Source: Podarcis vaucheri (taxonomy: Eukaryota). Taken from it: 64,000 nucleotides of DNA. Below are positions 1-13,025 of the stretch, piece by piece. The DNA lies in NCBI GenBank assembly GCA_965113315.1, contig OZ220382.1. The stretch is one strand, 5' to 3'. The notes below the pieces were generated by a model, which did no database searches, had not been told where the DNA came from, and worked only from the letters and a program-made list of their open reading frames with translations. A program made the position numbers and the translations under genes. Numbering within the stretch: position 1 is the first letter of the stretch; every line of letters starts with the position of its first letter.

Positions 1-1241
1 GTAGGCATCCATATAAATGTTGTTGTTGTTTTGCACCCCTTCAGCTCAGCACCCTGTGCAGGGAAACCAATCACACCACCCTAAATTCAGCACTGCAGGG
101 TGGTGGAGGCAGAAGAATCAGCACCTGATGTTACGGAAGATGAAAAGGTCACCCACAAAATGTGCAGCACCTTCTTTGACGAGGACCGTACCTTAACCCA
201 GCTCCATTCAATTCAGCTGGATGCAGTTTAGCCATCAGGTACACTTGGTACACGCACATGGGAAGGCAGTCTTCCAAGGAAATGGGTTTCAACCTGCCTG
301 GAGAAGCATTCTTGTGCTGAAGACTCAATGCTGCTGAGACCTTACAAGGAGACCTTGAAAGCAGCAAGTGTCCCAGCACAAGGGGGGGAGAAACAGGGCA
401 AGAGGGACCAGAAATACCTAATGAAAGCTTTTGCCCTCCAGGTGCCCACCAGATGGTTCAGACTATGTTGGCCAAGGCTAATTTGAGCTGTAGTCCAATA
501 CATCTGGAAGGAACTCAAGATGCCAAGGTTTTGAAAAGTGAACTCAGTTTGAAAACCAGGAAAGGAAAATTCAGTAAAAAGTAATTTTAAAAGAAGACTT
601 AAAAAAAAAAAAGGCCAACCCCAGAGTCCAAAGAAGTATAAACTGTACATGACCATTTGCTTTTGGGATTTAACAGCTCAAACACTTATAAATCTTTCCC
701 AAAGACAGGACTCTTATTGAAAAAGCAGTCCCGTTGGCAGCAGAACCAGAAGGATCTAAACAAACAAAATTATACGGACACCCACCTGGCAGATTCTTTT
801 AAGGGTATCCGGCTGTTTCAAAAACATTTGCATGTTGTATAGTCTGATTTGTAAACATGTCTGTAATTACCTGTTTTTTATTTATGTTTTCTTGTGGCGC
901 TGATCTGTGTATACTTTGTTGACCTATGATCAAGGCAATTAAATATATTCTAACAATAGTTCTGTAATTGATATGCCTAACATAAAGAAGTGATGCTATG
1001 TCAAACACTGGAAACCAGCCTTGCCCAACTGGGTGCCCTGCAGATGTGGAGGCTGGAGCTGGCTGGCTGCTCAAAACATCTTCCTTAAGTATAACCAATT
1101 GCATCCTGAGCCAATGGGGGGTTTTCTTGGAATTGTTTAAGGGATGTTATTCCAGACTTAGAACTTTCTTGCACTTTTACTTTTCAGAAACAAAACCTAC
1201 ACATACAAGAAAATGCATTAGGCAAACCACACCATTTGAAG

Positions 1242-1247
1242 TTTATT
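1242..1247 (-). terminator. Probable NDUFA8 polyadenylation signal AATAAA
   Basis: tttatt on the plus strand, about 100 nt after the stop codon. A second candidate lies at 877-882. Confidence 0.6.
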
Positions 1248-1345
1248 ATCCTTAATGACTACCAAATACAGAGGGTGTTCAAAATACACCAGGAAAGAGT
1301 CATTAAGACTTCAGGTGTTGTTTTGAAGGAGGCAAGATAGCCAGT

Positions 1346-1483
1346 TTAAAAGTCAAAGAAGGACAACTTGCTTCCGTATTTGGACGTCTGCAACTCGCCT
1401 TCAGTTGGTGGGTTTGGTTGTGGTCTTTGCCTAGAATGATAGGGATTCTCAGGCAGTGGCCGGTCAGTCTTCACTTTGGTGAC
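1346..1483 (-). CDS. NDUFA8: NDUFA8 coding exon 4 ([45 protein letters not shown])
   Basis: Acceptor TTTTTCTTCCAG; TAA at 1348-1346. Total CDS 48+164+166+138=516 nt (171 aa). Absent from the ORF track; translated by hand. Confidence 0.96.
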   Translation of the reverse strand, partial: VTKVKTDRPLPENPYHSRQRPQPNPPTEGELQTSKYGSKLSFFDF

Positions 1484-1756
1484 CTGGAAGAAAAAGAATC
1501 ACATTGAAATGTGTGGTGAGCAGCAAACAGCCTGGAAAGTGTGACAAACAGGAAGCTTTGCAAAAGGAAGCCAGTCCATCCAAATGGTGCTTAGTGCAAA
1601 CAAACCTCTATCAAGGAATCCGAGTAGAGAGATGTGCCTTATTATGTACCAGAAATGGCAAAGCTGGTGCCCAGATCCTGGACTGTTATTTATTTAACTC
1701 TATAGTCACTTAGTACAAAAGTCTCTAAGTGACTTTTAAAAGCTTAAGAGCCTATG

Positions 1757-2082
1757 CAGTGGTGCCTCGCAAGACGAAAAGAATCTGTTCTGTGATTCTC
1801 TTCGTCTAGCGGTTTTTTCGTCTTGCGAAGCAAGCCCATTGAAGGATTAGTGGATTAGCGCTATTAGCGGCTTATCTGCTGATCGGATCAGCTGATAAGC
1901 GGCTTAGCGGCTTAGAAAAAGGTGGGGGAAGGGGGAAAAACCAGCAGGAACTCGCAAGACATTGTCGTCTTGTGAAGCAAGCCCACAGGAAATTCGTTTT
2001 GCGAAGCACCTCCAAAACTGAAAACTCTTTCGTCTAGCGAGTTTTCCGTCTTGCGAGGCATTCGTCTTGCGGGACACCACTG
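1757..2082. mobile_element. Tc1/mariner (Tigger-like) MITE
   Basis: TIRs CAGTGGTGCCTCGCAAGACGAA...TTCGTCTTGCGGGACACCACTG, with TA on the right flank and TG on the left. Near-identical copy at 42514-42844. Confidence 0.85.
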
Positions 2083-3631
2083 TAACGCCCCCAATAAGTA
2101 ATGTTTCAGTAAAATCACTGCAGTAACCCAGCAGGAAAAAAAAGTCAACAAACTAGAAAAACAAGCTATCAGCCTTGTTGTCAAATGTCTGGGAGAAGAG
2201 GTAAGTCTTACCCTGGCACAGATGGGAGCCAAAACAGAAAAGACCCTCTGCCATGCTGTCATCCTCCAAAGTTTCTCTGAAGGGGCACCCAAAGGAGGGA
2301 CTCAAATAAAAACCAAAAGGTCTGGGAGAGAGGTGACCTGAAAAATATTGGGGTCCTGAGCTGTGTGTGAGGTTAAAACCAGCACTTTGATTTGGGCCTA
2401 GGCTGCCTGTGCAGCTGTGACAGAATTGGTGTTCCAAAATCAGTTCCATCTTGAGCCTGGCAGCTGCACTCTACTGCAGTTTCTGAACAGTTTTCAAAGG
2501 CAGCTTCACAGAAATTGCACCACAATGACCCAATCTTGAGTTTACCAAAGTAGACTACTTCAGCCAGATTACTGCAGCCCAGACAGTGTCATGGTTAGGC
2601 CACCAGCCTAAGCTGGTGGAAGGCACTGTACACCACTGAGGCCACCTGTGCCCCAAGTAACAGAAGTAGATAAAGGAAGAAGCCTGAACTATGGGCCAGG
2701 ATTGAAGCTGACAGCCCTTTGTATGCAAAGCATATATCCTACTGCTAAACTGAAGTCCTTCCACTCCATGTCACACACACCCCTCCATGTCCTTCAGTGA
2801 TCTCCCCAAATAGGAATTAGGAAGTGGTTGTTGTAAAGCTCACTTTGACCTGCAGGGAACACACATGGGTGCTTCCAAGACATCAAAATTATGGTTTAAA
2901 ATAAACCATGGTTTAATGTGGGCAAGCTCCTTCCCCTCTCCTGACTGTGCTACACAGGACAGCAAACCAGCCCTAAACAAGAGAGTCTGGTTTGTTGTTA
3001 TGTGCAAATTCAGGTTCCTGCAGACTTGCAGTGTGGAGGTAAACAAACTACAAGCGGGAAGCCAAAAACAGACTTTGGTTTCTGCTTTTGGTTTGGAGAC
3101 AAACTATGAGCCTGTATGAACCTGGGTTTGCACATCAGGGCAAGCTAGACTCCATTTTACTTCATCCCTGCATGGCACAGTCAGAAACAGGAGACAAGGA
3201 AAGCACTTCTCTGCACTAAACCACAGCTTATTTAAAACAATGGCATTGAACACTGCTTGTGAACTGGGTTTCAGAGACACAATTTGAAACCCAGAAACCA
3301 GCTACCTTGAGAGCCAAATTTTCCATCTTGGCTGAGCCAAGAAGAAACTGAGGATGACCAAAGAGAGCCCCCCTGTGTGGATGCTCATCACAATTCTCTA
3401 CAAGGCAAAACTGCTGAAAAGGCTGGAATTTCTAGATACTGGCCTCAATGCTTGGGGAGCTAGCCCCAAGGAAAGTCTGGCCAAGTTTGCAAATCCCTCC
3501 TGGGCCAAAATTCAGGACCAGGTGACAACATTACCATTCAGAAGAGAGGCAAAATGAAAAACCTCTTGCAATAAGTGATTAGGTTATCACCCAGTGCACG
3601 TAAGAACGAGCCAGCAAACACATTCAGTTAC

Positions 3632-3797
3632 CTTTGACAGCTGTCCCAGATCAGGTCTCACCCAGCCCAACTTATCCAGGACGCAATCATCAAAGACCTG
3701 CTGCTGCTTGCGGCACTTGCGAAGTTCTAGCAGGTTATTATAGTCAATGCAAGTCCAGTACTGGGTAAATGGCTCTGCACAATGCAGCTTAAGCTGC
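3632..3797 (-). CDS. NDUFA8: NDUFA8 coding exon 3 ([55 protein letters not shown])
   Basis: Acceptor TGTTTCTAG, donor AAG|GTAACT, 166 nt. Phase 2 matches exon 2. Holds the second CX9C pair. Confidence 0.97.
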
Positions 3798-5061
3798 CTA
3801 GAAACACAAAGATGCTGCATTAATGTTTCCTGAAGTGAAAATGTAGGCAGAGTGATTCTTAAAAGGCACCTTTTTATTTTGCTCACACATGGGTTTGAAG
3901 ACCACAGCAAGCTATGTGTTCTCTCTGGTTACAGCTGGAGTACCACAAAACTAAGTCATCGTGAAAACAGAAGAACTCTGGCCTGTAATGCCAACTCAGA
4001 CTGCAAATATTTTCTACATTCGTGCTACCATCCCCATACCATGCAAAATCTCTATGGCAAATAACACAAATATGTTTGTCAATCCAAAACTGAGAACAAC
4101 AACAGGATAGCATCCAATCAAAAAAAACAAAACAGTGTTAGTGTTATTGCCTTTCAGTTTTTCTACAAAACTGAAGGAAGCATAGTGGATTCATAAAACT
4201 GTATTTCAAGTTCTTACAGCATCTGATACATGACATTTTGGCAATTTAAAATCCAAGTCAGATGTGACCTATCACTGACAGGAACTTTTCAAAATTAGGA
4301 AGTTGTTCCCATCACGGAGGGGAAAGGAGCTACAGGGCATGAACGAGTCATCAATTAAAGACAATAATGGGTAACCATTTGAACTCACTATGGAATTAGA
4401 GGGAAGTTAAAACAGAAGATATCTGAGAAGAAACGTTTGTGTGTGTGTGTGTTTTAAAGAACACAGCAGTTGTCACAGGCACGATAATTGCCCTAGCAGA
4501 TTGTAAAAGAAATCTGGATTCAGATCCCTTGCCTTGGATGAACCTGTGTGTCTTTCAGGGTCACTTCAGAGATATGATTTTCCTACAGAGTTAATCTTGG
4601 AGCTGGGGAAGCAAGTAGGTTATGAAAAAAGAATAGTTAAAACAGCATCATGTCACTTGCTTATTTTGACATAAGCAAAATTACTTACTCACTCATTTAC
4701 CGGTTACATTTATACCCTGCCTTTTCATTAAAAAAATCTGTAGGTACCTAACAGCAACAACATTCACAAGATAATTTAACCAATGTCTAATAAGACATGA
4801 GCAAAATAGCTGTAGGGGAAGAGATTCAGTTTCCTTTTGTAATATGAACCTGCAAAGCCTTTGGGAGGCGGGATCTCAAATACTAAAAATGTATTTCTGG
4901 CCAAAGGAAGAAGGCAAAATTACTAGAAGGGCATGGGAGTAGTTTTATTTATTTGAAGGATTTTCTTTAGCCCTGCCCTTCAGGCAAAAATAAGCCCCCA
5001 AAGATCAGTAATAATAGATGGGCCTTTGGTCCGACTCACCAAGACTCTTCAAATGGCATAC

Positions 5062-5225
5062 CTGAAGAAGTCCATTGCACACTTGTTCACTTCCTTGCCT
5101 TCCTTTAAACATTTCCGTGGGTCCTTCTCTTCCCAGCGGCAAAGCATGAACTCCTTGTTGGGCTTGTCACACTGTGAGCCATAATGATGAGCTGCTGCTT
5201 TCAGTACAGCTGAGCTTACATTTAC
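5062..5225 (-). CDS. NDUFA8: NDUFA8 coding exon 2 ([54 protein letters not shown])
   Basis: Acceptor CTCCTCAG, donor AG|GTATGC, 164 nt. Contains the CX9C motifs of the complex I subunit NDUFA8. Confidence 0.97.
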
Positions 5226-5919
5226 CTGAGGAGCAAGCCAGAGAGTTAGCAACAGGCTGGTGTGTGTCTGGGAATGCATAGGACTCTTACAAGCTCCACG
5301 AGAGCCAATTGAATGAAGAATAGACAAACTGCAGGCATGCATTCTGCTTCTCATATATGTAAAATGGGAGTAAGGTCCTGCACTCACAAGAATGCCAAGG
5401 GGCAGCACACAATGAAACTTGTGTACTATACACAAACATTACAACACAATATATTTCATTTATTTAACAGAATTTGTATACCACTTAACTGTAAATAAAA
5501 CCTCAACATGGTTTGCAAAGAATATGAAATATGGATTGAAGTTGTCCATAAAAGTTAAACACAAAACAGGTTTTTTAAAAGCAAGACATAAATAAAAACA
5601 ACCAGTTAAATATATTAAATATGTATGTTGCAAACTAAGATTGGATATTAAACTACATATCAGCTTTACATCTCTGGGTACGCTTGCCTAAACAAAGAAA
5701 TTTCAGCAGGTGTAGAAGAGAGCACAGTGAAAGTTCTAGCTTAGTCAAGGCACACGGAGTTCCAGAGTGTAGGAGCTACCAAAAGGAAATTATGAACACA
5801 CATAAAATTAATGGAATGTATAAATACAATTAATTAAAAAACAGATTTTTTAAAATGATATATAGAAGTAATAACAGGTAATGTTTTATTAACATTAATT
5901 ATTAAGACAATGAGAATCT

Positions 5920-7498
5920 TTTAATCTTTCTATTTCAAATGATTCCAATACTGGGCGAAGCAGGTTGTCTCAAGATATGGCAAAGAGAAATTTCCAAATT
6001 CCTGTGGGAAGGGAAGAAACCTAGGATTAAACACCTGATCTTAATAGGCATAAAAGAGAGAGGAGGCTTTTCTCTACCCGACCTAAAACTTTACTGCGAG
6101 GCAGCCTGTTTCACCTGGCTAAAAGATTGGTGCACGTTGCAGGATCCGGACCTCCTGGACCTGGAAGGTTTTGACAACCGTTGGGGATGGCACGCCTACC
6201 TGATATATGGAAAAGCAAAAATTCATAACAATTTTACCAACCATATAATAACAAAGTCACTCTTTGCTGTATGGGAAAAATATAAAGACCTGATGGAGCC
6301 TAAAGTCTCGTGGTGGACTTCTCCAATAGAAGCCATAGCAGTAAAACGGAAAAACACTCAGGAAAGCTGGCCAACATATAAAACACTTCTAAAAAATGAA
6401 GATAACCAAATAAAATTTAAAAACTTTGAGGAAATAAGAGAACACATCTCAGACTGGTTCCAATACCATCAGTTATTTGAAAGATTTAAATCTGACAAAC
6501 AAAAGGGGTTCTCAACAGAAATTTCCCAATTCGAATCTGATCTTGTAAATTCTAAAAGAAAAACTCTTTCCATAACTTATCGACTCCTCCTTGACTGGAC
6601 AGTCAAGGAGGAGGTGGTAACAGTGGCAATGGTGAGGTGGTCCCAGGATTTTGGCCATTCAATAACCATGGCCCAATGGGAAAATTTATGGAAGATCAAT
6701 TGGAAATTCACAAATTGTTACACGATTAGAGAGAACTTTCAAAAAATGCAACATCGATGGTATCTAACACCGTGGAAACTTTCAAAAATGTATAAACATG
6801 TGTCAAGTAATTGTTGGAGATGCGGAGACTCAGGAGCATTCTACCATATGTGGTGGATATGTAGGAAAATACAGGTATTATGGGAGAGTATCCATGCAGA
6901 ACTACAAAAAATGCTAAAGATGTCTTTCAATAAAAAACCATAGGCCTACCTCCTGGGAATAACAGATTTGGATATTCCACAAAAGAGGAAGGGTATCTTT
7001 TTATATGCGACGGCGGCAGAAAAAGTTTTGATCGTAGCAAAATGGAAGAGTAATGAAATCCCCTCTATACAAGATTGGATCCAAAAGCTGACAGAATATG
7101 CCAAATTAGATGGTTTATCAGAAAAAATAAAGAATAAATCAAAACAGGAATTTGTTTCAAAATGGGAGGTTTTCAAAGAATATCTGAAAAATAAATATAG
7201 TAGTTTAAATTCTGTTGCAGCATTTGAGGAACTTCAGTAATAGTTGCAAGGTAGATATATGAAATTAGATTTATTAAGAATAAGTTTAATTATGATAAAA
7301 GTGTGTATTGGCAATAAGTAATATGAATTTGAAATATGGAATAGATGGGAGGTTGGGTCTTTAGTGTTAAGACCAATAGATGTTTAAATATTTGCTAAGA
7401 AAATTATGTGTCTATGGTTATTCTTGTGTGTAATTTGGTATTTGTGTTTTTTTTCTTCTTGTATCAATAAAAAAACTTTATTAAAACAAAAAAATAAA
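5920..7498 (+). mobile_element. 5'-truncated L1-clade LINE (ORF2 C-terminal half, 3'UTR, A-rich tail)
   Basis: ORFs 5939-6943 and 6968-7240 are in the same frame, split by one TAG. GGFSLPDL motif and CCHC knuckle CWRC...HMWWIC. AATAAA at 7466 followed by an A-rich tail. GAGAATCT repeated at 5912 and 7502 as TSD. Confidence 0.9.
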
Positions 7499-8389
7499 AA
7501 AGAGAATCTGAACGTTCACTTTTAAACATTTTGTAAGAACAAGGATCAGTATGAATGTGGTAGGAGGGAAAAGATACACATATATGTGTAATATCAAGGT
7601 ATTTAACGAGTGGAGTGTATAATCCCCCCCAGGGGCTTATGATAAGCAATACAATACACTTAATAAATCACACCCCTCTGTACACAAATGTTTTGCACAA
7701 GATTGTGCATCTTATTGACTATCAATGACATCAGCGGCCAAAGTAGTGGGAGGAGAGAAGACTGTCAATCCAGAATATGTAATTTGAATTAAAAAACAAA
7801 AGCCAGTTGGCAACAAGGTAGGAGTTTTCATACAATATAACCCTTTACAGATAAGAATCCATATTCTGCCATAGAAATCTACGGGACCCTTTGTTGTCCC
7901 TCTGAAAATTATTATTGCATTTATATACAGTAAACTTGCAGTTGACACAGGAGTTGAATCCAGGGATTTTTGTGCCTAGTCAAAGCACACTGGGTTGAAT
8001 GGTGGGTGGGCTTGCCAAAGTCTTTTTTCCTGGATTCCCACCCCTTTTCCGTCCCCCTTTTATTTTGTTTTTTTACTTTTTTTGACAAGCATTGCAGGGG
8101 TGGACTAGATGACTTTTGGGTTCCTTCCAACTCATAAGATTCTATGATTCAATGAAGCACATAAAGCTGAATGTGCTCGAGTTAAATGTAAATTGTGGGC
8201 TCGCTGTACCTTTTCCTCTGAGGAGCTCAAGGTGGTCCCACCACCCCATTATATCCTCACAACAGCTCTGTAAGGTAAGGTCGGGTCGGGAGATGGCTGC
8301 TGGCCCCAAAGGTCACCCAGCGAACTTCACGGCTCAGTGTGGATTTGAACCACACACCCTCAGCCATGAGGCTTGGAACTAGTCCTTGG

Positions 8390-8540
8390 GAGAGCCACCA
8401 TGGGGCAGCGGTCAGTGTCGGACTAGGACCTGGGAGAGACCAGGGTTCGAATCCCTGCTCTGCCATGAGGCTCACCGGGTGACCTTGAGGGTCAGAAGCT
8501 GCCACTCAGCCTGGCTTACCCCACAGGGTGGTTGCTGTGG
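8390..8540 (+). mobile_element. MIR-like tRNA-derived SINE
   Basis: GGACTAGGACCTGGGAGAGACCAGGGTTCGAATCCC contains a B-box. Related copies at about 17870-18085(-), 39400-39620(-), 55965-56195(+) and 57035-57275(+). Confidence 0.65.
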
Positions 8541-9102
8541 CCAGAAAGCTGTCTGCGGACAAACGCCGGCTCCCTCGGCCTGCAAAGTGAGATGAGCGCT
8601 GTGCCCCACAGTCACCTTTGGCTGGACCTTAACCCTCCTGGGGGTCCTTTACCGTTTATGTTACCTGTGGGGATCAAAGGAGGAGCAGGGGAGAACCACG
8701 TACACCAACCTTCAGGGGGGAAAGCAAGGTACAAATGCCATAAATAAATAAATAAATAAATAAATGGCAACACCTGGTGCAAAGGGTTTGAATTCCTGTC
8801 GCCGTCCTCCTTGAGGGCTTTTATTTAGAAGAGATATTTACTTAAGCTTTCGTTTATTTTATTCAGAGTGGGTGGAACGGCCAAAACCTGGCCCAAAGGG
8901 GGGGGGGGCACGAGTCACTTCGACATTTGTGTATGTTTGTGAAATGACTTTTCTCTGACATTTTGGGTCTTAAATGGGGGGGGGGAGGAGAGGAAGCCCT
9001 TTAACAGCGAGGGGAGGGGAGAGAGGGGAGAGTCGACCCTGCCTGCAAATTGGGGGGAGGGGGCTACCTCACAGGGTTGCTGTTGTGGTGCAGCCTTATT
9101 GC

Positions 9103-9512
9103 AATGCAACGCCATTCACTGTATTGGGCTTAAAAGACGCCCTTCTTTTGCTGCCGGCTAGCTGAGGAAAGCCAAAATTTATTCGCCTTTCGGTGGGTGG
9201 ACCCAGAGACCGGGACTAAAACACAGTACACGTGGACACGACTCCCACAAGGGTTTGAAAATCCGCCCGCACTTTTCGGGGCGGCTTTAGCCACTGACCT
9301 AGCTAGCTTCCCCCACCTCCCCCGACCGCGTTCCTCTTCAGTATGCAGATGACCTTCTAACTGCGTGTAAAGATGAAGACACGTGTCTGCAAGAGACCAA
9401 AGATCTCCTGGATCACCTGGCGGCAGCTGGCTACCGGGCGTCTAAGGCCAAGGTCCGAATCTGCCAGCCAACTGTCAAGTGCCTTGGATTTGACATGTCC
9501 CACCAGCAGCGT
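9103..9512 (+). mobile_element. Degraded class I (gamma-like) endogenous retrovirus pol fragment, RT core
   Basis: Hand translation across two frameshifts: [62 protein letters not shown].../[51 protein letters not shown]. Collinear with MLV-type RT motifs. Confidence 0.9.
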
Positions 9513-9703
9513 AATTTAATAATTGGCGAATGGAGAAAACCGCGTATGGAGCTCAAAAGGCGGGACAGAAACGTAACGGACAGGGGGACTGAGGGGGGGG
9601 GAGGGGAAACTGAGGTGGGGGGTCCCCCTCATACATTTGTGAGGGGTGGGATCAATGCCACCTCTTCCCCTCCCCCTCCCCCCGCGCCATTTCTCACCCT
9701 CAC

Positions 9704-9751
9704 CTCAGACACTTCTAGCTCCTCCAGCGCGGGCACCTCCAGCGTGGGCAT
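9704..9751 (-). CDS. NDUFA8: NDUFA8 coding exon 1 (MPTLEVPALEELEVSE)
   Basis: ATG at 9751 in a CpG island. 48 nt ending at donor GAG|GTGAGG. Resembles the NDUFA8 N-terminus (human MPGIVELPTLEELKVDE, recalled). Phase 0 fits exon 2. Confidence 0.93.
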
Positions 9752-10176
9752 AGCTGCGAGCGGGTCTCTCCCCTTGGACTCTCCTTCGCCACCGGCCCTC
9801 ACGAACCAGGCCGGACGCCAAGGCAGAAACTGCGCATGCGCCTTCTCGCCGCCCGAGAGCACGTTATGTCTGAGATACGCGCATGCGCCTAACTCCCGCC
9901 GCCACCTCCTTCCCGTCACCGCCACTCACTCCGTCAATGTGCGAACACGAGGAGGATTTGGGCATGCGCATTTAGCCTTTCCGCCTCAGAGGAGGGACCC
10001 AGGGGGCGTGGCTAAAAGCTCCTTCTCGCAGAGGGTTGGTCCGCTTGCCGCTCTTCACGCTCCTCCTCCCCCCGCCCGCCCGCCCGGCTGGCGGCTCGTT
10101 GCTGTGGCAACCGCAGTTTGCCGGGGCCTGCGCTCCAACAGCCGGGCCTGGCCTACCTGAGCGCGGGTGGCCGGGC
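9752..10176. promoter_or_regulatory. Bidirectional CpG-island promoter of NDUFA8 and MORN5
   Basis: Divergent ATGs at 9751 and 10177 with GC/CpG-rich DNA between. NRF1-type motifs at 9831-9841, 9878-9888 and 9960-9970. SP/KLF box GGGGCGTGGC at 10003-10012. X-box GTTGCTGTGGCAAC at 10098-10111. Confidence 0.85.
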
Positions 10177-10223
10177 ATGGAGTACACCGGCAGCTACTAC
10201 CGAGGGGAGCGCGTCAACGGCAG
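10177..10223 (+). CDS. MORN5: MORN5 coding exon 1 (MEYTGSYYRGERVNG)
   Basis: Good Kozak context (GGCATGG), 47 nt, donor AG|GTCGGG. Matches the MORN5 N-terminus MEYTGS. Confidence 0.93.
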
Positions 10224-10265
10224 GTCGGGAGGGAGGCAGGGCGGGCGGGCGGGCGAGTAATGACT

Positions 10266-10610
10266 CCCGTGTTGGGGGGAAAACACTACGTGTGAAGGGT
10301 TTTTTCGCGTGTTCGTGCTAAAAAAAGTGCTATATGCGAATGGTTTTTCCTGTGTGTTAAAAAGAAAACCAACTACATCTGAACGATTTCCCCACCTGTG
10401 TTTGTTTTAAAAACAAGTGTACGGGTTTTTCCTTGTGTCCGTGTTAAAAACAACAACGTGTGAGCGGACCCCCCCCCCATGAACTATGTTTTTCCCGTGT
10501 CTGTTAAGCAAAATACCTTACGTGAATGAGCCCCCCTCCTGTGCTAATCAAAATATTACATACATGTAAACGGTTTCATCCTGTTTTTAAAACGCCATGT
10601 GTGTTAACGA
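10266..10610. repeat. Degenerate ~40-45 bp minisatellite in MORN5 intron 1
   Basis: Recurring unit of roughly TTTTCCCGTGT..GTGTTAAAAACAACTACGTGTGAACGG; about 7-8 diverged copies by eye. Confidence 0.6.
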
Positions 10611-10987
10611 TATCCAGTATTAGTCATTCTCAGAGTAGACCCATTGATATCCATGTATTTCCATGGATACTTTTCTGATAATGACTAATATTAGATTTCA
10701 CTAAAAAAAAATGGCAATGCTTTTAACGACATCAGTGGGTCTACTCTGAGTATGAGTGAGTTAGATATCACCCAATATTATTTATTCTCCTGTGACAGTT
10801 GGTTTCAGCTGCTCAGACTTCTTGCTGCTGCTTCTTTTATTTTTTATTTACTGTTTTATGATTATCTCCCCCACACTTTTTTTTTAAAAAGCTGAAAAAC
10901 ACTCTGGATGTTTTGATAGAAAAGTGGTGCAGAATGAACAATCTTATTACCACCACCACCCTTAGGTGTGCATGTTGGGACTCCTAA

Positions 10988-11614
<627 letters not shown>

Positions 11615-11853
11615 TAATTTGCTGTTTTATTATGTTATTTCAAGCTCCCATTTCCATTTTTGTTTATTGCCTTCCCCTCACCCTAAGGCCCAGGGGTAGG
11701 CACTAAAAGAAATATTAAAAGCAATTTAAAACAACTTCTAATCAATCTGATCTGATCCAGGAGGTATACTCTAAAATTCCTACGTACCTCTATCAGCACC
11801 CCATTACCCTTGAGAGCAAAACAGAGTCTCCATGTTCTCTGGTGTGTTCATAG

Positions 11854-12123
<270 letters not shown>

Positions 12124-12149
12124 TAATTGAGAGGGACTACTTTCTAAGA

Positions 12150-12392
12150 CTCCTGCCAACCTAGCAGTTCGAAAGCACGTCAAAGTGCAAGTAGATAAAT
12201 AGGTACCGCTCCAGCGGGAAGGTAAAAGGCGTTTCTGTGCACTGCTCTGGTTCGCCAGAAGTGGCTTAGTCATGCTGGTCATGTGACCCGGAAGCTGTAC
12301 GCTGGCTCCCTCAGCCAATAAAACGAGATGAGCGCGACAACCCCAGAGTCGGTCACGACTGGACCTAATGGTCAGGGGTCCCTTTACCTTTT
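12150..12392 (+). mobile_element. Sauria SINE, 5'-truncated
   Basis: CCTGCCAACCTAGCAGTTCGAAAGCACGTCAAAGTGCAAGTAGATAAATAGG...CCTTTACCTTT, flanked by the 12-bp TSD TACTTTCTAAGA. Confidence 0.9.
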
Positions 12393-12827
12393 TACTTTCT
12401 AAGAAGAAGAAGCCTCAATAGGTGGCCCTCAGGCCACTTCAGACCCACCCCCCAACCTGCTGGGGTTGGCAGCAGCTAACCAAATAAATAGCTTCTGCTT
12501 CCTTCCTCTTCGTTGCTATTTGCTCCCATACCTTGTTCCACTGCCCACATTGGCTGCTGTCACCTACTGCTGTGTTTTCATTGGCTATTGTGCCCTGACC
12601 CCACAGACCTGATGCCTAGGTGGGATGCAGAGGGCTTTTCTTCAGTATTAAAATGGATGCATAGCCTTTGCTCACAAGGCATGTACATGGGAGTCCCTTG
12701 AAGCTTTGGATCAAGATGATATCATATCCCCCAATATAAGTGATTATTTATTGGCTATTCTCTTTAAAGACCTGGATATTTTAAGTGACTTCTTCTTATG
12801 CTGATATCAGCCTGTTTTCAATTTTAA

Positions 12828-13025
<198 letters not shown>

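Noticed and set aside
321-584. Stop-free plus-strand frame of about 87 codons (NAAETLQGDLESSKCP...KGKFSKK*)
   Set aside because: No recognisable homology and no convincing start or splice context; compatible with chance.
9495-10160. 221-aa ORF spanning the promoter
   Set aside because: Low-complexity Pro/Gly/Ser/Arg product expected from stop-poor CpG-island DNA; overlaps NDUFA8 exon 1 on the opposite strand.
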